Source: Macrostomum lignano (taxonomy: Eukaryota). From it: a stretch of 64,000 nucleotides of DNA. The position numbers and the translations under genes are program-made. The notes below the pieces were generated by a model, which was not told the DNA's origin, ran no database searches, and saw only the letters and a list, made by a program, of their open reading frames with translations. Within the stretch, counting starts at the first letter, position 1. Every line of letters begins with the position of its first letter. Shown here one piece after another: positions 1 through 12,150 of this stretch. The stretch spans positions 186,001 through 250,000 of the forward strand of contig NIVC01000620.1 in the NCBI GenBank assembly GCA_002269645.1. The letters are read 5' to 3'.

Positions 1-668
1 GCATAGGCATAGATGAACAATGGTGAACAAAATAAATATAGGCATAAGCATAGATGAGCAATGGTGTCAATTAATTATATTTATAGTCAGTTCATCCCAA
101 ACTCGATTGGCAAGTTGTTTTGTACTGGCCAACCGATGAGTACCGCAGTCCTGCAGACCTCGTGTCGGAGCTGCATCTGCTGGTGCGCCCATCCGGACTG
201 CATGACATGATGGACTGGAGGGCGTACATGACCGCCATACGCCATCGAGTCCTGCTGAGCCGGCCGCTGATTGGTGTATACCGCCGGCGGGGTCTCAGGT
301 GCTGGTGGCTGTCGCAGTGTAGACACCTGCTGACGGTTTAGTGGTGGCACATCGGCTGATGATGGCGGCAGAGATGACCTATGCCTGGTCGGGGTCGTCT
401 ATTCACGCTGCTGATTCGACTGCGGCGGTTTAAGCCGGATGAGCTTTGACCGTTTTGCGGGCACATACTGCGTAGTCGCAGAACCAACCGGGTATCGGCG
501 GGTCAATGTCGTCTCTGGGACGACTGGCTTTTCTGCCTGTCGCTTTAGTAAGGCTTGCCGAGCTTCGGGGTCGTGCGGCACTGGTAGCTTTTTAATGACT
601 ATTGACTTCAATACTGGCTTAGCACTTTTCTGGGTGTCTACCACCTCTTTCTGTTGAACTCGAAACGC

Positions 669-941
669 CTAATAGTTCTTCTTTAGGGTGTTCACCACCT
701 TCTGGGTGTGTACCACCTCTTCCTCTTTCTGCTGGGTGTTCACCACATCTTCCTCTTTCTGCTGGGTGTTCACCACCTCTTCCTCTTTCTGCTGGGTGTT
801 CACCACCTCTTCCTCTTTCTGTTGGGTGTTCACCACCTCTCCCTCTTTCTGCCGGGTGTTCACCACCTCTTCCTTATCTTGGCATACATCTGTAAAATTA
901 GCTAGCAGCTCGTCAAAAGCTATCGCGTCAAATTCTTCCAT
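669..941 (-). CDS. Short acidic low-complexity ORF built from a 30-bp tandem repeat (QQKEEEVVNT)n
   Basis: Unit caccacctcttcctctttctgctgggtgtt repeated ~5-6 times at ~693-870, in frame. Function unknown. Confidence 0.35.
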   Translation of the reverse strand: MEEFDAIAFDELLANFTDVCQDKEEVVNTRQKEGEVVNTQQKEEEVVNTQQKEEEVVNTQQKEEDVVNTQQKEEEVVHTQKVVNTLKKNY

Positions 942-1105
942 GATTATTTCCTAGCTAACTTCTAGCTCTAAATCTAGCTCTGAATTCTATCCTGACTCCC
1001 TTCTGTCTCAAGTGTCCTTTTTATGTAGTCTTGCTCCCCCCGCTAAGAATTATTTAAACAAACTGAAAAATGAAGGCCAACAGAAACATAAAAGTAAATT
1101 ATTAT

Positions 1106-1144
1106 AGCCAACGCGTTTCGACACAAGCGGTCATCTTCAGGGCT
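1106..1144 (-). ncRNA. Minimal type I hammerhead ribozyme of the Penelope-like-element type
   Basis: Minus strand reads AGCC-CTGAAGA-TGAC-CGCTTGT-GTC-GAAAC-GC-GTT-GGCT. It has the core CUGANGA and GAAA, stem I AGCC/GGCT, stem II GAC/GTC and the palindromic stem III ACGCGT typical of dimeric PLE hammerheads. Confidence 0.8.
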
Positions 1145-1448
1145 TGCACTCATGGTTCACAATTCCGTATATTTAAATAAATAAAGACAATCAAAGACTG
1201 TACAGGGCAATAGACGAATGGGTTCAGTCCAGTCAATAATTGTACATTAAGAGACAAAAATAAATTGTGTCCATTACTCTGCCGCGTTCAGTGGCTTGCC
1301 GGTGTACGATGTGCGGAGTAATGGGGTTTAAACTGTGAGGGGGGAGGCTGCATGCCTATTTATGCCGCCGCGCGGCCTTTGCACTCTCGCCACTCTTTGC
1401 GCTCAATTTTCTAACTAGCTATTTTTTAAGCAGGCTAGCTATTGAAAT

Positions 1449-1958
1449 ATGTGTGAACCGCAAGAACCGCTGAATCATTATACAGCCAAAGAGCTCGGTG
1501 GCCTTTTATTCAATTATGGGTGCAAACAACAAGGCAAAAAGAGTGAGCTCATTCAGCGCCTACGCCAAGCCATGCAGCAAAGCACACACAGCCGGAGATC
1601 TGAACGGAGACGCCAGGCTAAGGACGAAGAGGACGCCCTCTCTGCAGCGCTGGGTGCAGCCCGGATCAGCGACGGATCTGACGAGACTGCGCGGGGCCCC
1701 CGTCCCAGTCGGATGGCGACCGGAGAAAGCGGCTTCAGCACGAGGTGGAAGAGCTGGAATGTCGGGTCCTCGAGAACCGCAAGGCTCAGCTGCAGCGACA
1801 GCTAGGTGGGCTCGAGGCATCGGGATCATCGCTGTCTCAGCCAGGTGAGCGCCAGTCTGCGACTGATGTTTTGCGTGAATGTGCTGAAACGCTAGGCCAA
1901 TCGGTAGGGACTGGGCAGACGAGTGCCAATGGCAGTGCTATCCCGACAGGATCAGGCC
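1449..1958 (+). pseudogene. SAP-domain, gag-like 5' fragment (frameshifted) cut off by the Polinton left end
   Basis: YTAKELGGLLFNYGCKQQGKKSELIQRLRQAM fits the SAP pattern. A coiled-coil segment follows in another frame (1745-1963), and that ORF stops in the first TAG of the Polinton TIR. Confidence 0.6.
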
Positions 1959-2591
1959 AGTAGTAGTATGTTATAAGGGGCTGCGCCACACTTATTGCTC
2001 GGGCGCATTGCGCGCCAGCTCGCTGGATGACTCAGCCCCTTATAACATACTACTACTACCAGGAGGTCAGAGTTGCAAGTGTGTGATATTTAAATATACA
2101 TATATCTGTGAGTGAGGGTGTTGAGGGTGAGGGCATGTGGGGGCATTGGCCTGTGGAATATTTCACAGAACACAGATTTTCCGGAATTTTTATACTTTTA
2201 AAAAAGGGGGGTCGCCCTCGCCCTCATGCCCTCACTCATTTTGAAAATCAGTAAAAATAAGTAAAAAAATGACTAAAAACAGGTGAAAATGGTCTGAAAA
2301 CAGCGATTTTTGTGATTTTCAAAAATTTTGAAAAAGTGCAATTTTCACGATTCCAGCTCTAAAACCATGAGAAAAGTTGGATTCACGGGTCAATTCAATG
2401 CAATTTCAGGTATATAGAATATGAAAGTGTCATCCAGTTTAACGATAGTAAATTATATATATATAAAATGGCCTTCAGTAAACCATTATTTCTAGGAAAT
2501 GCTTTAGATATTCAGTCAGCTATAACAAAACTACCACCCATCTTCTCCACTGGAAAATATCCTGGCGAATTTCATATTCCAGGGTATTCTT
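1959..2591 (+). repeat. Polinton left TIR (~633 bp), including a terminal 25-bp hairpin and the first 124 nt of the PLA2 gene
   Basis: Reverse complement of 23457-24084. The differences I found are three 1-bp indels, one substitution and the last few terminal bases. Confidence 0.97.
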
Positions 2592-2847
2592 TTGCAAGCC
2601 AACAGCTCTGACTCACAATGCTGATGATGTATCAGATCCCCGTAACGTGGCACATTTTTGTCTATTTTTAGAACTAGAAAAAAATGAATGAAGCAAACAC
2701 AAAAGACTCTCAGACACACAGAGTGGGTGGCTCCACTGGAGCACAAAGGCAGCCTTTATTTCAAAGAGTTGTTTTCATGGTATATACTAAGGTAAGTAGC
2801 GCGGAGTGAATGTTTGAATGATAATTGTCACTTTAAGTAGTAGCATG

Positions 2848-3357
2848 TCAATTTTTCTGGACGTCCAGAAAAAATTCTGGATATTTGTCTGTCATGTGTT
2901 TATTCATAATAAAAGCGCTTCCCATTTCGCTAGTGGCTGCTTCAATCGTGTCGTTCTCTTCTTCATCAAGCATGCTGTCATCCTCTCCTTCAAAGTGCAG
3001 TTCGATGTCGAGTTCGAGGCGGCATGCGAAATTTTCATCTTCTGATGCTCTTTGTTCAATTGCCTTCTTGAACGTCAGAATGGTCTCAAAGCAATATCCA
3101 GAAATTACCAGACTCGGGTACTTTTTTGTTAGCTTGTAGAATGTAAATAGTCGCTGGGAAAACTTCACATCTATATCTAGCTTTCTCGCAACTCCTTCAA
3201 TGCTCAGTCCGAGTTTTTCTTGCAACGCAGCAATTACTTCTGCTTGCTTCTTCCTGGCAATACAACCCAGCACTTCAAGGTCGGCGATGAAACCTTCCAG
3301 TTGATTGAACCGTTCGATCATGCGAGTCTCATCATCGCCAATGATAGATGTGCACAC
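2848..3357 (-). CDS. Polinton hypothetical protein (possible HTH-like helical core, acidic tail), 169 aa
   Basis: Open ORF inside the element. No family recognised with certainty. Confidence 0.5.
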   Translation of the reverse strand: MCTSIIGDDETRMIERFNQLEGFIADLEVLGCIARKKQAEVIAALQEKLGLSIEGVARKLDIDVKFSQRLFTFYKLTKKYPSLVISGYCFETILTFKKAIEQRASEDENFACRLELDIELHFEGEDDSMLDEEENDTIEAATSEMGSAFIMNKHMTDKYPEFFLDVQKN

Positions 3358-3448
3358 CTCCTTTGCGTTGTAGAACCTATAATGAAAATGGACTCAAGTT
3401 ATGATATTTGCTTTTATTCAATGAAATTATGGAGATTGAAACTCAAAC

Positions 3449-3901
3449 TTACCGAGTCCTGATAGTTGTTACTTCGTTTGTCACTCCTCTCATTTTTTCG
3501 ATAAGGCGTCCAATAAATCGGCTTTCTCTAATAGATTTAGAATCGCTCTCTTTGCTCTTCTCTTCCTTCTTATTCTTCTTGAAGGACTCACATTCAATCT
3601 TTCGCAGTTTTTCCAGTAATGAGTTCTGCTCCTCGTTAGACAAGCGACTAACTGCAACTGCTGAACTTGATTGGTCTTTTGAGCTAATACTCTTAATCGT
3701 GGAAACTATCTTAGATGGAAGCTTTCTATCGCTGGAAGAAGCCATTTGAAATATGTTGTATAGATAGAATTCTAAACCTAAAGTAAATTTTCTCTTGCTC
3801 TTGCTTGCTAAGCTAAATGAAACTAATATAGTGATGAAGAGAAAAGTCGCAGTCAGCCGATAACAGATTACAACTAGCAAAAGTGTGTGGGTGTGAGCCA
3901 C
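3449..3901 (-). CDS. Polinton hypothetical Ser/Lys-rich coiled-coil protein (likely start MASSSDRK near 3745)
   Basis: ORF track only; low-complexity sequence. Confidence 0.35.
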   Translation of the reverse strand: MAHTHTLLLVVICYRLTATFLFITILVSFSLASKSKRKFTLGLEFYLYNIFQMASSSDRKLPSKIVSTIKSISSKDQSSSAVAVSRLSNEEQNSLLEKLRKIECESFKKNKKEEKSKESDSKSIRESRFIGRLIEKMRGVTNEVTTIRTR

Positions 3902-4645
3902 GCATTAAACTTAATATTATGTGTGTGAGTGTATTAGTTTCAACAAAGAATCTCTAACAATTACTCACGCGCTCGTTGTGCGAATTGAGATAGAGAGTAT
4001 CTTTTAATAAACACACACAAATAACTACCATAACGTTTGAGAGTTGGTGAGTGTGCCAGTCCTGCATCAGCCTGTAAATTGTTGTAAAAGACAGCTAGCA
4101 TGAGGGGTGCGCTTAGTGTCTTTTATGAGTTGAATAAGGGGGTTTGATGAAGATGAAAAAACACTGAACTCCTGTGAGAGTCTCGGGGAGTGGCAGCGGA
4201 GTGTGGTGTGAGTCAGTCTCAATCTCTCAATCAGCGAAACCAGAATTCCAAAACCAGATTGTAACTGCTAAATTTTCCTAGAAAAATGGAAGCTAATAAC
4301 CCAAATGTTCGAAATGCTCTACCACAAAAATACTATGATTCTATTATGAATTTCTCTCAAATAAAAACACCCACTTGAAAGTTTCGACTAATTGAAGAAA
4401 TTGATAAAGCTTACGATGAATATAAAGCAGAAATATTAAAACACACCGATTGTAAATGCCCCCTTATTTGTATTCATTCAGAGTATATCTTGCACATGTT
4501 GATAAATGGGCATTGATTTCGAGACAGCACATAAGGAATAATGAATTTTTCGTCATGCTGAAATTGAAGATTTTCAAACTCCCTAAAACCTTTGAGAAGT
4601 ACATTGAAACTGACGAATTATATTGTTAAATTTATTTTAAATAAA

Positions 4646-7095
4646 ATGGAAATAAAAAATCAAAATGATTCAAGTTTCTTTCCTGTGATCGTACAGGATC
4701 CGCTTCAAAACCATGATGCCCCACCACCAAGATTGACAAATTTAAAACAAACAAAATCGTACGATAAACTAATTAATCTCTATAGAGAACTTAATTTTAG
4801 ATTCGGAAGTTGCAGTATAACATGGAATAGTAAAACAGAGAAAAAATACCGTCAGGAATGTCAACCAAAGCAGATAGGAATTCAACCTCCCCACTATTTC
4901 GACCAGAGGTAGACAACATGATTTGGATAGATACCCGAAATTCAAATATAACCGTAATCGATATTGATAATGCTGACCTATGCCCTGAGTTGAATGAACT
5001 GTGTATGGCTCATTGTGATTGGATTGTTCAGACAAACAAGGGTCATCACTTTTACTTTAACAAGGTAGATAGTTAAAAAGTAACGATTCAACAAAGTGTG
5101 GGTTTTGATATTCCAGCTTTAGTATTTGCTCCACCAGGTTTCTATTATGTGGATGGTGAAATTAAGAAATACAAACGTATAAAGCCCGAAGGGTTAATAG
5201 ACATGCCAGATGTAATTCTTGATGAGATAAATAGATTAATTAAGCCACAGGATAAAACAGAAAACCAAGAACCCGATAAACAAGCACTAAAAAGCACCGT
5301 TCCACCACCCACTTGTGAAGGAGTTTCAAAGTTGTTAAGTATAATACAACACAAAAACCAAGACTATGATTCTTGGTACAAGGTGGCACTTATACTCCGC
5401 GACATAGACAATGGTGATGAAATTTACAAAGTATTCACTGATTGGTCAAAAGTCAATTATGATAAGTTCGATTCCGAGTCATGTAAAAAGGTTTGGAATA
5501 GCACCAGTGCCAGCTCTGCTGATGCACAGGACAGACTTACTATCGGTACGTTGAAGAAATGGGCAAGTGAAGAAAACTATAACAAATATAAGGAATGGAA
5601 AAGCAAATATGATTACTATGGTAGGATTGAGTATCTTGATGATAATTTCACTGACGTTAACATAACCAACTTTGTTTATGAATATTAGAAAAATAAGATA
5701 ATTTACAATAGCGATGGTATTTACTATTTTGATGATGATAAGTGGAGAGAACTAAGTAGTATAAATGACATATTTCTTAAAATATCAGACCTTGTTAGCA
5801 GTGAGTTAAACCACCGAAAGACTAGACTCGAAATTGCAATTAAGAAGGCTGATGATAAAGAGAAGTTAAAAGCACTTGAAAAGAAACTAAAGAACACAAT
5901 GAAGAATATAAATTCAATACAAGGAGCCAACAAACTCAAACAGGTAACTACTTTGTTCAAAGAGAGGTTTACTAACAATGAAATTGAATTCGATATGAAA
6001 TGGAATTTGCTAGGGTTTAACGATGGAGTATATGATCTCGCTACAGGTGAGTTTCGCGAGTATAGATATGACGATTACGTTACTAAATCGGTGGGATATA
6101 ATTACTCGGATGTACTTGGAGTTAGTGATGACGACTATGGCTTCATTGTTAATCTGCATAACCAAATTCATCCCGATCCAGAAAACAGAAAGAGTTGGGA
6201 ATCCGTTATAGCCACAGCTCTAATGGGTAAGAATGTTGAAAACTTTATAATGTTTGATGGCGCCGGTGGAAATGGCAAGGGGGTTGAGGACAACCTACTT
6301 CTTAGAACTCTAGGATCTGATTATGCAGCACCACTGAGTCCTGATGTTTTGAATTCATCAATAAGAATAGACAGGCCACAACCAGCCCTAGCACAGATTA
6401 ATAAAAAGTGATTAGTAATCAGTCAAGAAGTAAGTGGTGTCTTGAACCATACATCAATAAAATTACTAACTGGTGGAGGAGTTATTCAAGCTAGAACTTT
6501 ATATTCAAGCCAGTGTAATGTTGTTTTACACGCAACCCTAATAGTCGAATGCAACAACAAGCCTGACTTCAGACAAAATATTGGAGATGCAGAAAAAAGA
6601 CGAATTATAAATATTAATTACCCATGCAAATATACAACAGATACCGACATCATTGATCATGAGAAACACATTTATAAAGCCGATTCATATCTTAAAACCG
6701 AGGAATTTAAGAATAAATATAAGTTTGCTGAAATAAAACACCTACTAGAAATTTTCAAGCAAACAAAGGGTGAAATATATCTATCTCAAAAACACTAATA
6801 AATTCATACAGAATAGCAATTGGTTTGCTCAGTTCTTTGAAGAGAATTATGAATTTTAAGAAACTGGGGAAAAAAATTTATGCTTATTAGAGAAATTTAC
6901 ACTGCCGCAACAGAGAGTGAATACTATAGGACTCTAGCCCAACGCGAGAAACGTGAATTCCAACAACAATACATAACAGATTTCTTCAAGAATCACAAAG
7001 ACTATTGTAAGTATTATAAGGATAGATATAGGCGTAGGATAGATGGTAAACAGCAAGAAACTAGAAATGTTCTGTTTTACTGTGTGAAAAAATAA
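4646..7095 (+). pseudogene. Bifunctional primase-polymerase (PrimPol) + PriCT-2 + D5-like SF3 helicase, fragmented
   Basis: NITVIDID and VQTNKGHHFYF (PrimPol); DYDSWYKVAL...WS...FD...W...LTIGTLKKWA (PriCT-2); WNLLGFNDGVYDL (D5_N); FDGAGGNGKG (Walker A); LTGGGVIQARTLY and ECNNKP (SF3). Spread over ORFs 4592-4912, 4858-5076, 5098-5688, 5899-6411, 6442-6798 and 6880-7095. Confidence 0.88.
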
Positions 7096-7193
7096 ACGAA
7101 GATGTTATCAATGCGATTGAATTGGCTGATGAGGGACGGATCTTATAGGATCCAAATAATATCTTTTATCATCTAAAGGACTCATTGTTTATT

Positions 7194-10100
7194 TCATAAT
7201 ATCACGAATATATATTTTTTTTCAGATACAGTCATGCTTACTCTACCTCTTTGAATATCTTTGTAATCTGTCAATAGTATGTTTTTAAATGTTTCAAACG
7301 TTATATTTGTACTGCTTTTATCAACTCCCTTGATCTTAACACACTCTCCTGAAACTGTAGTGAAAGCATACTCCTTTGACCGCAGGAATACAGCTTCGGA
7401 AATTATTGAGCCATTCATTTCATCTTTCAACTTTCCAATAACTTTCTTGTTCGTCTCGGAGTATAGTGGATGCTCTGTTGGATAATCCGATGTGTCTAAG
7501 TGTTCTTTAATTTTTTCAAGATCCTCATAAAAATCCTGAGTAATCACTGAGAATATCAGAGAATCACAATCAGAATAGTGCAACTGACAGCTGTTCCTAT
7601 TCTTCTCAATAACATTGTAATAGCAATCGTACATTAGAATTTTTGCATAATCCAGAATGGCCATTCCTAAATAAATTGGCTTGTCACACGCAATTGTCTT
7701 TTTGTACATTTGGATACCAACTGCATCCTCACTAAACATAATGAAATCTTTGAAATTTGGTTTGAGAAAATAACGCCTTGCAGTTTTTTCTTCAGCTACA
7801 AGATGAAAGTTCGACCTATTCTTTACATTTTCTATTGTTTTACCGTACAATGAGTTGTTTAGTAGTTTCCACAGGTCTTTCTCAAATTTAGTTTTTGCTT
7901 CCATTCTCCGCCTGGTATTAAATTCGATGTATTTACTCAACCAGTTTGACTCTTTGAATGAAAGAATTCTATGAACTCTCGTAACTCGCATGCCCATCGA
8001 CTCATAAAACTCAAGTAGTCTGTGATGTAAAACATATTTCTCCTTGTTGTAAAATGTCAACATCAACTTTGACTGGACAAACTTTTTCTTTTCGACTTCG
8101 AGGTATTGCTTCTGTATGTCAGATAAATCCTCAAATCTAGTTGTTCGTCTTTCAGGAGCCAGTGGATATTTACCTGTAGCTTTCTTACACTCCTCTGTAT
8201 ATTCAAGGTCAACTTCAAGAAAACAACCCCTGCCATTAGGAATATTCTTGTGATACTCTAGATCATTTTCAAACTTGAAATCTCCCACAGGAAGATTTTT
8301 CATCATTGCTTCACCATATAAATTATTCTTGTCCAAGTATAACATGTATGACGATTCAGAATTGCTGTCATAATTTTCTAAATACTTATTGTTCATTTTT
8401 TTATATCGATCTCCAAGAACTCCAGAGAAACCACCGCGAATACCACTTTCTACCATGGATATCATATCTTTATCACCAAGTAATTCCAGCTCAACATTGG
8501 TATATTTCAACCCACATGCCCACGATAATCCAGAAAGGGAAAAGCAATAAGCAGGATCTATCTTGAAATATTTCAAAAATGTTGATCGAAACTTCTCAAA
8601 AGCGTTAACAAATGAGTAAATCTTTCTAATTACTGCTGTTGTATCACTGGGTGGCAAATATTTTATTTCTTCTTCAGAGAGTGTAAATGGTGGTTCCAAA
8701 AACCTAGATCCATTGTGATAAATAGGCAATTAGATAATAGCATGCACGGTAAGCAATTTTTTAGGCCCTAGACAAACCTACTTGGAGCGTTCGAAGATTT
8801 TAAAGCTATTAATCCTAATCGCCTATCGCCGGTCGGCGAGTCCTACCAGTCTTTCTCCAATAGCCGCAGGTACAGTACAAGAAAAGAAAGAACACGAGGG
8901 AACACAAACCGAAAGATTTAGAGAGTGATAATCCTATATGATACAACTGATGATTGGCTAGACGATTTAATTTGATTACTCAAGTTACAGGATTCAAGCA
9001 ATTCGCGACGCAGATAATTAGACTGATGATAACGAATAATAACGATTAATAATAACGATTATATTACGCACTGACAAGCGGATCTCAGCTTGAAGAAGAA
9101 GAAGGAGAAGGCACCGAACACAGGACCACGGAGAAAGACTCCTAACCCCTGGCCTAAGCCAGAACCTACTCTCAAACGAGAGCCCTGCCGAACCGACCGT
9201 TCAACGGAGTACCGACTAAATTCTATCGGCACTGCCCTTCAGTGTAACACTGAGGCCCTCGGGGTCGAGGCCGCGTACTTATCAGATCCGACAGTCTCTA
9301 TCTAACCGCGCTTGATAGCGACGACTTCAGACAGGAATTTGCCGTAGACGTTACGCCACAAGACTACTGCGGTTGGGCGGGAACAAAAATATGGACCGGG
9401 GGTGATGAATTCAGGCGCCTCAAAGCGCGAACCAAAGGGAACAGCTAGGCCACCGGCCGGGAGACAAGACAAAACCGGGGAAGAGAGGAGAGAGAAGGAG
9501 AGAAGGAAAAAGTGAGATCCGATTGCCAAACACACATTCATTTATAGTCAGAGTCACAACCCCTCAAAACCCCCCTCAAGCCGGGTGGTGGTCGTCTGGC
9601 TGGCCGCTTGCTTAAGCCGAATTGCACTGTGCCCGCGGCGCCGGGTAGAATTGAAACTTGCCGCGTGCCAGGGTCCAGGCCGGTTCTGATTGGCTGGCCG
9701 CGCAAAGCTGGGGTTCGCAGACAAACTCAACCCTCCGCTGAGTCACAAATTTGGCGTCTAACTCTAACCTGTTTACACAAAATTGATTCCAACTAACAAG
9801 GAAAAAGTACACCAAAAACGCATGACTAAACTAAAGCAAAATAACAATTCAATAACAATATAGAAACTAATGCAGTCAATTTACAACAAAATACACGCAA
9901 AGATGCTCACACTACACCATCTAAAAACACAACGCCACTTGTATAATTCCCCCACTTAATTGCAACATGGTCTTCCGATGTTTTAGAAATGAAATCCAAT
10001 TTATATGCTGCATTCTTTATTCTTGTTAATGGAACTATCGAATAGTTTAGATCTTTTCCAGATTCATTCAGGAGAAACAACGGTACTGTTTGATTCGCCT

Positions 10101-11382
10101 TGCCCTCTTTGGTATTACATGATTGACATGCTGCGCCGCGATATTTACCATTGTAGTGATTATGCTCTCGAATTTTCTTACTATCTACAAATGGGCTTGT
10201 GCAGAGAAAACATTGTTCTGCCGCTTTGCAATCAGTCTCTTCGACATCACTTAAACTTGGATGTTTATATCTATCCATTTCATTTTTAATATGCTCAAAC
10301 TTTTTGATTACGGTTTCAACGAATGATTCCACTGTAGTATTTGAAATAATATCCGACTGTATAATGTCTTCATAATCAGAACTAGTAAAAAGTGTCCATT
10401 GTGATAGTTCTAGCGATTTATCATCCATAGTTACATAATCCAATATAGCATAAAACACAAATGGCTTTCTCACACTCATGTGGTAGTTTTTAAACTTTAA
10501 TATCATCTTATCAATCTTTGGAACTTCAATTGACACCTTGAAGTCGACGCAAAGTGCTTTATGATTATCCAGTGCATCTTGGGAGTATTTCACTTGAAGA
10601 CACTTTCGACAAAGAAAAGCCCTGTTATTGGACGTCAGGAATAAGTTCAGGTCTGTTATTAAACAATAATGATTTTTGACAAGTAGTAAATCAATAACAT
10701 CGGGGTTGTCATAATCTTCAGTAAGACGAATTGAATATATGGACTCTTTAGTTTTAGTATCTCTCAATCCAAACACATTTATATGGAGGCTGTTCAACTT
10801 TTCAATCTCAGAGATATCTCGAATGTCTACTGGAAACGCAACGTCTCCTAAGTTTATTTCATTTATATACTGTGTATACTTAATAACTCTATATCTATGT
10901 TCCTTCACAGGATGGAGCTTTGCTAAAATAGACCAGAGAAAGCACCTATTGTCTTTAGTATTCTTAACATTTACTAATGCGTTTGATTTAATTGGAATTG
11001 GAATATAAGTTCCTCCTTTCAACTGATTAATGCCAACAACTTTCAACACAATCTTTACTAACTTAACAAAATAATATCCCGATCCCCTTTCATTAAAGCT
11101 ATCCTTCTATTCATCAAATTCATCCAGAACATCCCCGATTGTACTTTCAATACTAGCTTCAACTTGAAGCAGATTTAACAAAGTTCGATGCTTTGAATGA
11201 TATTGGAACTCAATCCAACTGTCGGTAGTTCCTTTATAAAATTCTGCGACAAAGGAAATTCTGTATTTTATTGAATCTCTAGCCATCAAAAATTCGGAAA
11301 GAATTGGAGAGATTAAACCGCGAATTTCTTCAACGGAGTCGAGTTCAAATTCATAAGAGGCCGCTGGTATTTTCCTTTCCAT
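7194..11382 (-). pseudogene. polB: Protein-primed family B DNA polymerase (TP-like N-terminus, vOTU-like protease, EndoVII/HNH-like insert, degenerate exonuclease, polymerase), split by a solo LTR
   Basis: YLDKNNLYGEAM (motif A), KLLNNSLYGKT (B), YSDCDS (C), KIKG. NTKDNRCFLWSI...NHY (vOTU-like Cys/His). CFLC...REHNHYNGKYRGAACQSCN (EndoVII-like). Removing 8714-9920 restores FLDGSRFLEPPF. One in-frame TAG at 11107-11109. Confidence 0.93.
8714..9916 (-). mobile_element. Solo LTR (1203 bp, probably Gypsy) inserted in PolB
   Basis: TG...CA ends and 4-bp TSD CCAT (8710-8713, 9917-9920). Excision restores the PolB frame. A minus-strand TATAAA (~9541-9546) and CCAAT (~9689-9693) suggest the orientation. 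Confidence 0.88.
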
Positions 11383-11407
11383 TTTTAAGAAAAAAAATTA
11401 TACAATA

Positions 11408-12148
11408 TTAATTGTAGGGAGGTGCACTTGGAGCGTTTGATTGAAGATTGAGTGTTGCCGAGTACTCTTTTGGCTTATCAGCTAGACCCATTTTTTCTCT
11501 CAGATCTTTCTCCAACAATTCCTTTTTAATTTTTTCCTTCGCTGAATGACCAAGTCTACTCTCTTTGAGGATTTTATCAACGACTTCCGAATGGTTAACT
11601 TCTTCAGGCGCAACACAGGCGTCTAACAATTGGTCTCTTTTTTCTCTGTATTCTGAATAAATTGCAGTAGCTGCTTGAACCTCTTCAACAGTTATTCTAT
11701 AATTATCAACTACTTTTTGGGAGTATATATACAATCTTTCTCTGTATTGATTTGCCAGATCTCTGAGAACAATTTATTTTGCCTTCTGCTTTTGGCAATG
11801 CATTTTCACAGTTGCAAACAACGACGTGGATTTTACAGCTTCAAAACCACTCATTGCCCCGATTACTACTCCAATGACTAAGGGATTCAATGTCAGTATC
11901 GATGATGCTATGCCAATCCCTGTAGCAGTCAAGAGACTTACATTTCCTGTCACAATGTTGATCCAATTTATCCTGCTACTTTGTCGTTTGTACTTTTTTA
12001 CCTTTTTGCTATAAATTGTAAGATCTTTAGTAATGCATTCAATACTGCCTTTGATTTCACCCCTTCTCTGATTGAAATAGTCCCGCTCCCTCAAATCTGC
12101 TTCATGCAGCTCAACCACAGGATAGATGTGTTCATTTTTCTCATTCAT
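11408..12148 (-). pseudogene. Polinton membrane-associated protein (IYP motif, coiled coil, hydrophobic Gly-rich segment), frameshifted
   Basis: ORFs 11774-12148 and 11408-11734. The pattern HIYP...KKYKR...GNVSLLTATGIGIASSILTLNPLVIGVVIG resembles a small ORF I recall from animal Polintons. Confidence 0.55.
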
Positions 12149-12150
12149 TT

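Noticed and set aside
910-935. FDAIAF peptide shared with the ORF at 34715-35218
   Set aside because: Six-residue match with no extension; likely chance.
1953-1958. Canonical 6-bp Polinton TSD
   Set aside because: CAGGCC is not found at the right junction, so no TSD is claimed.
2621-2660. CTGATGA here and at ~9023 as hammerhead cores
   Set aside because: No correctly placed GAAA or stems.
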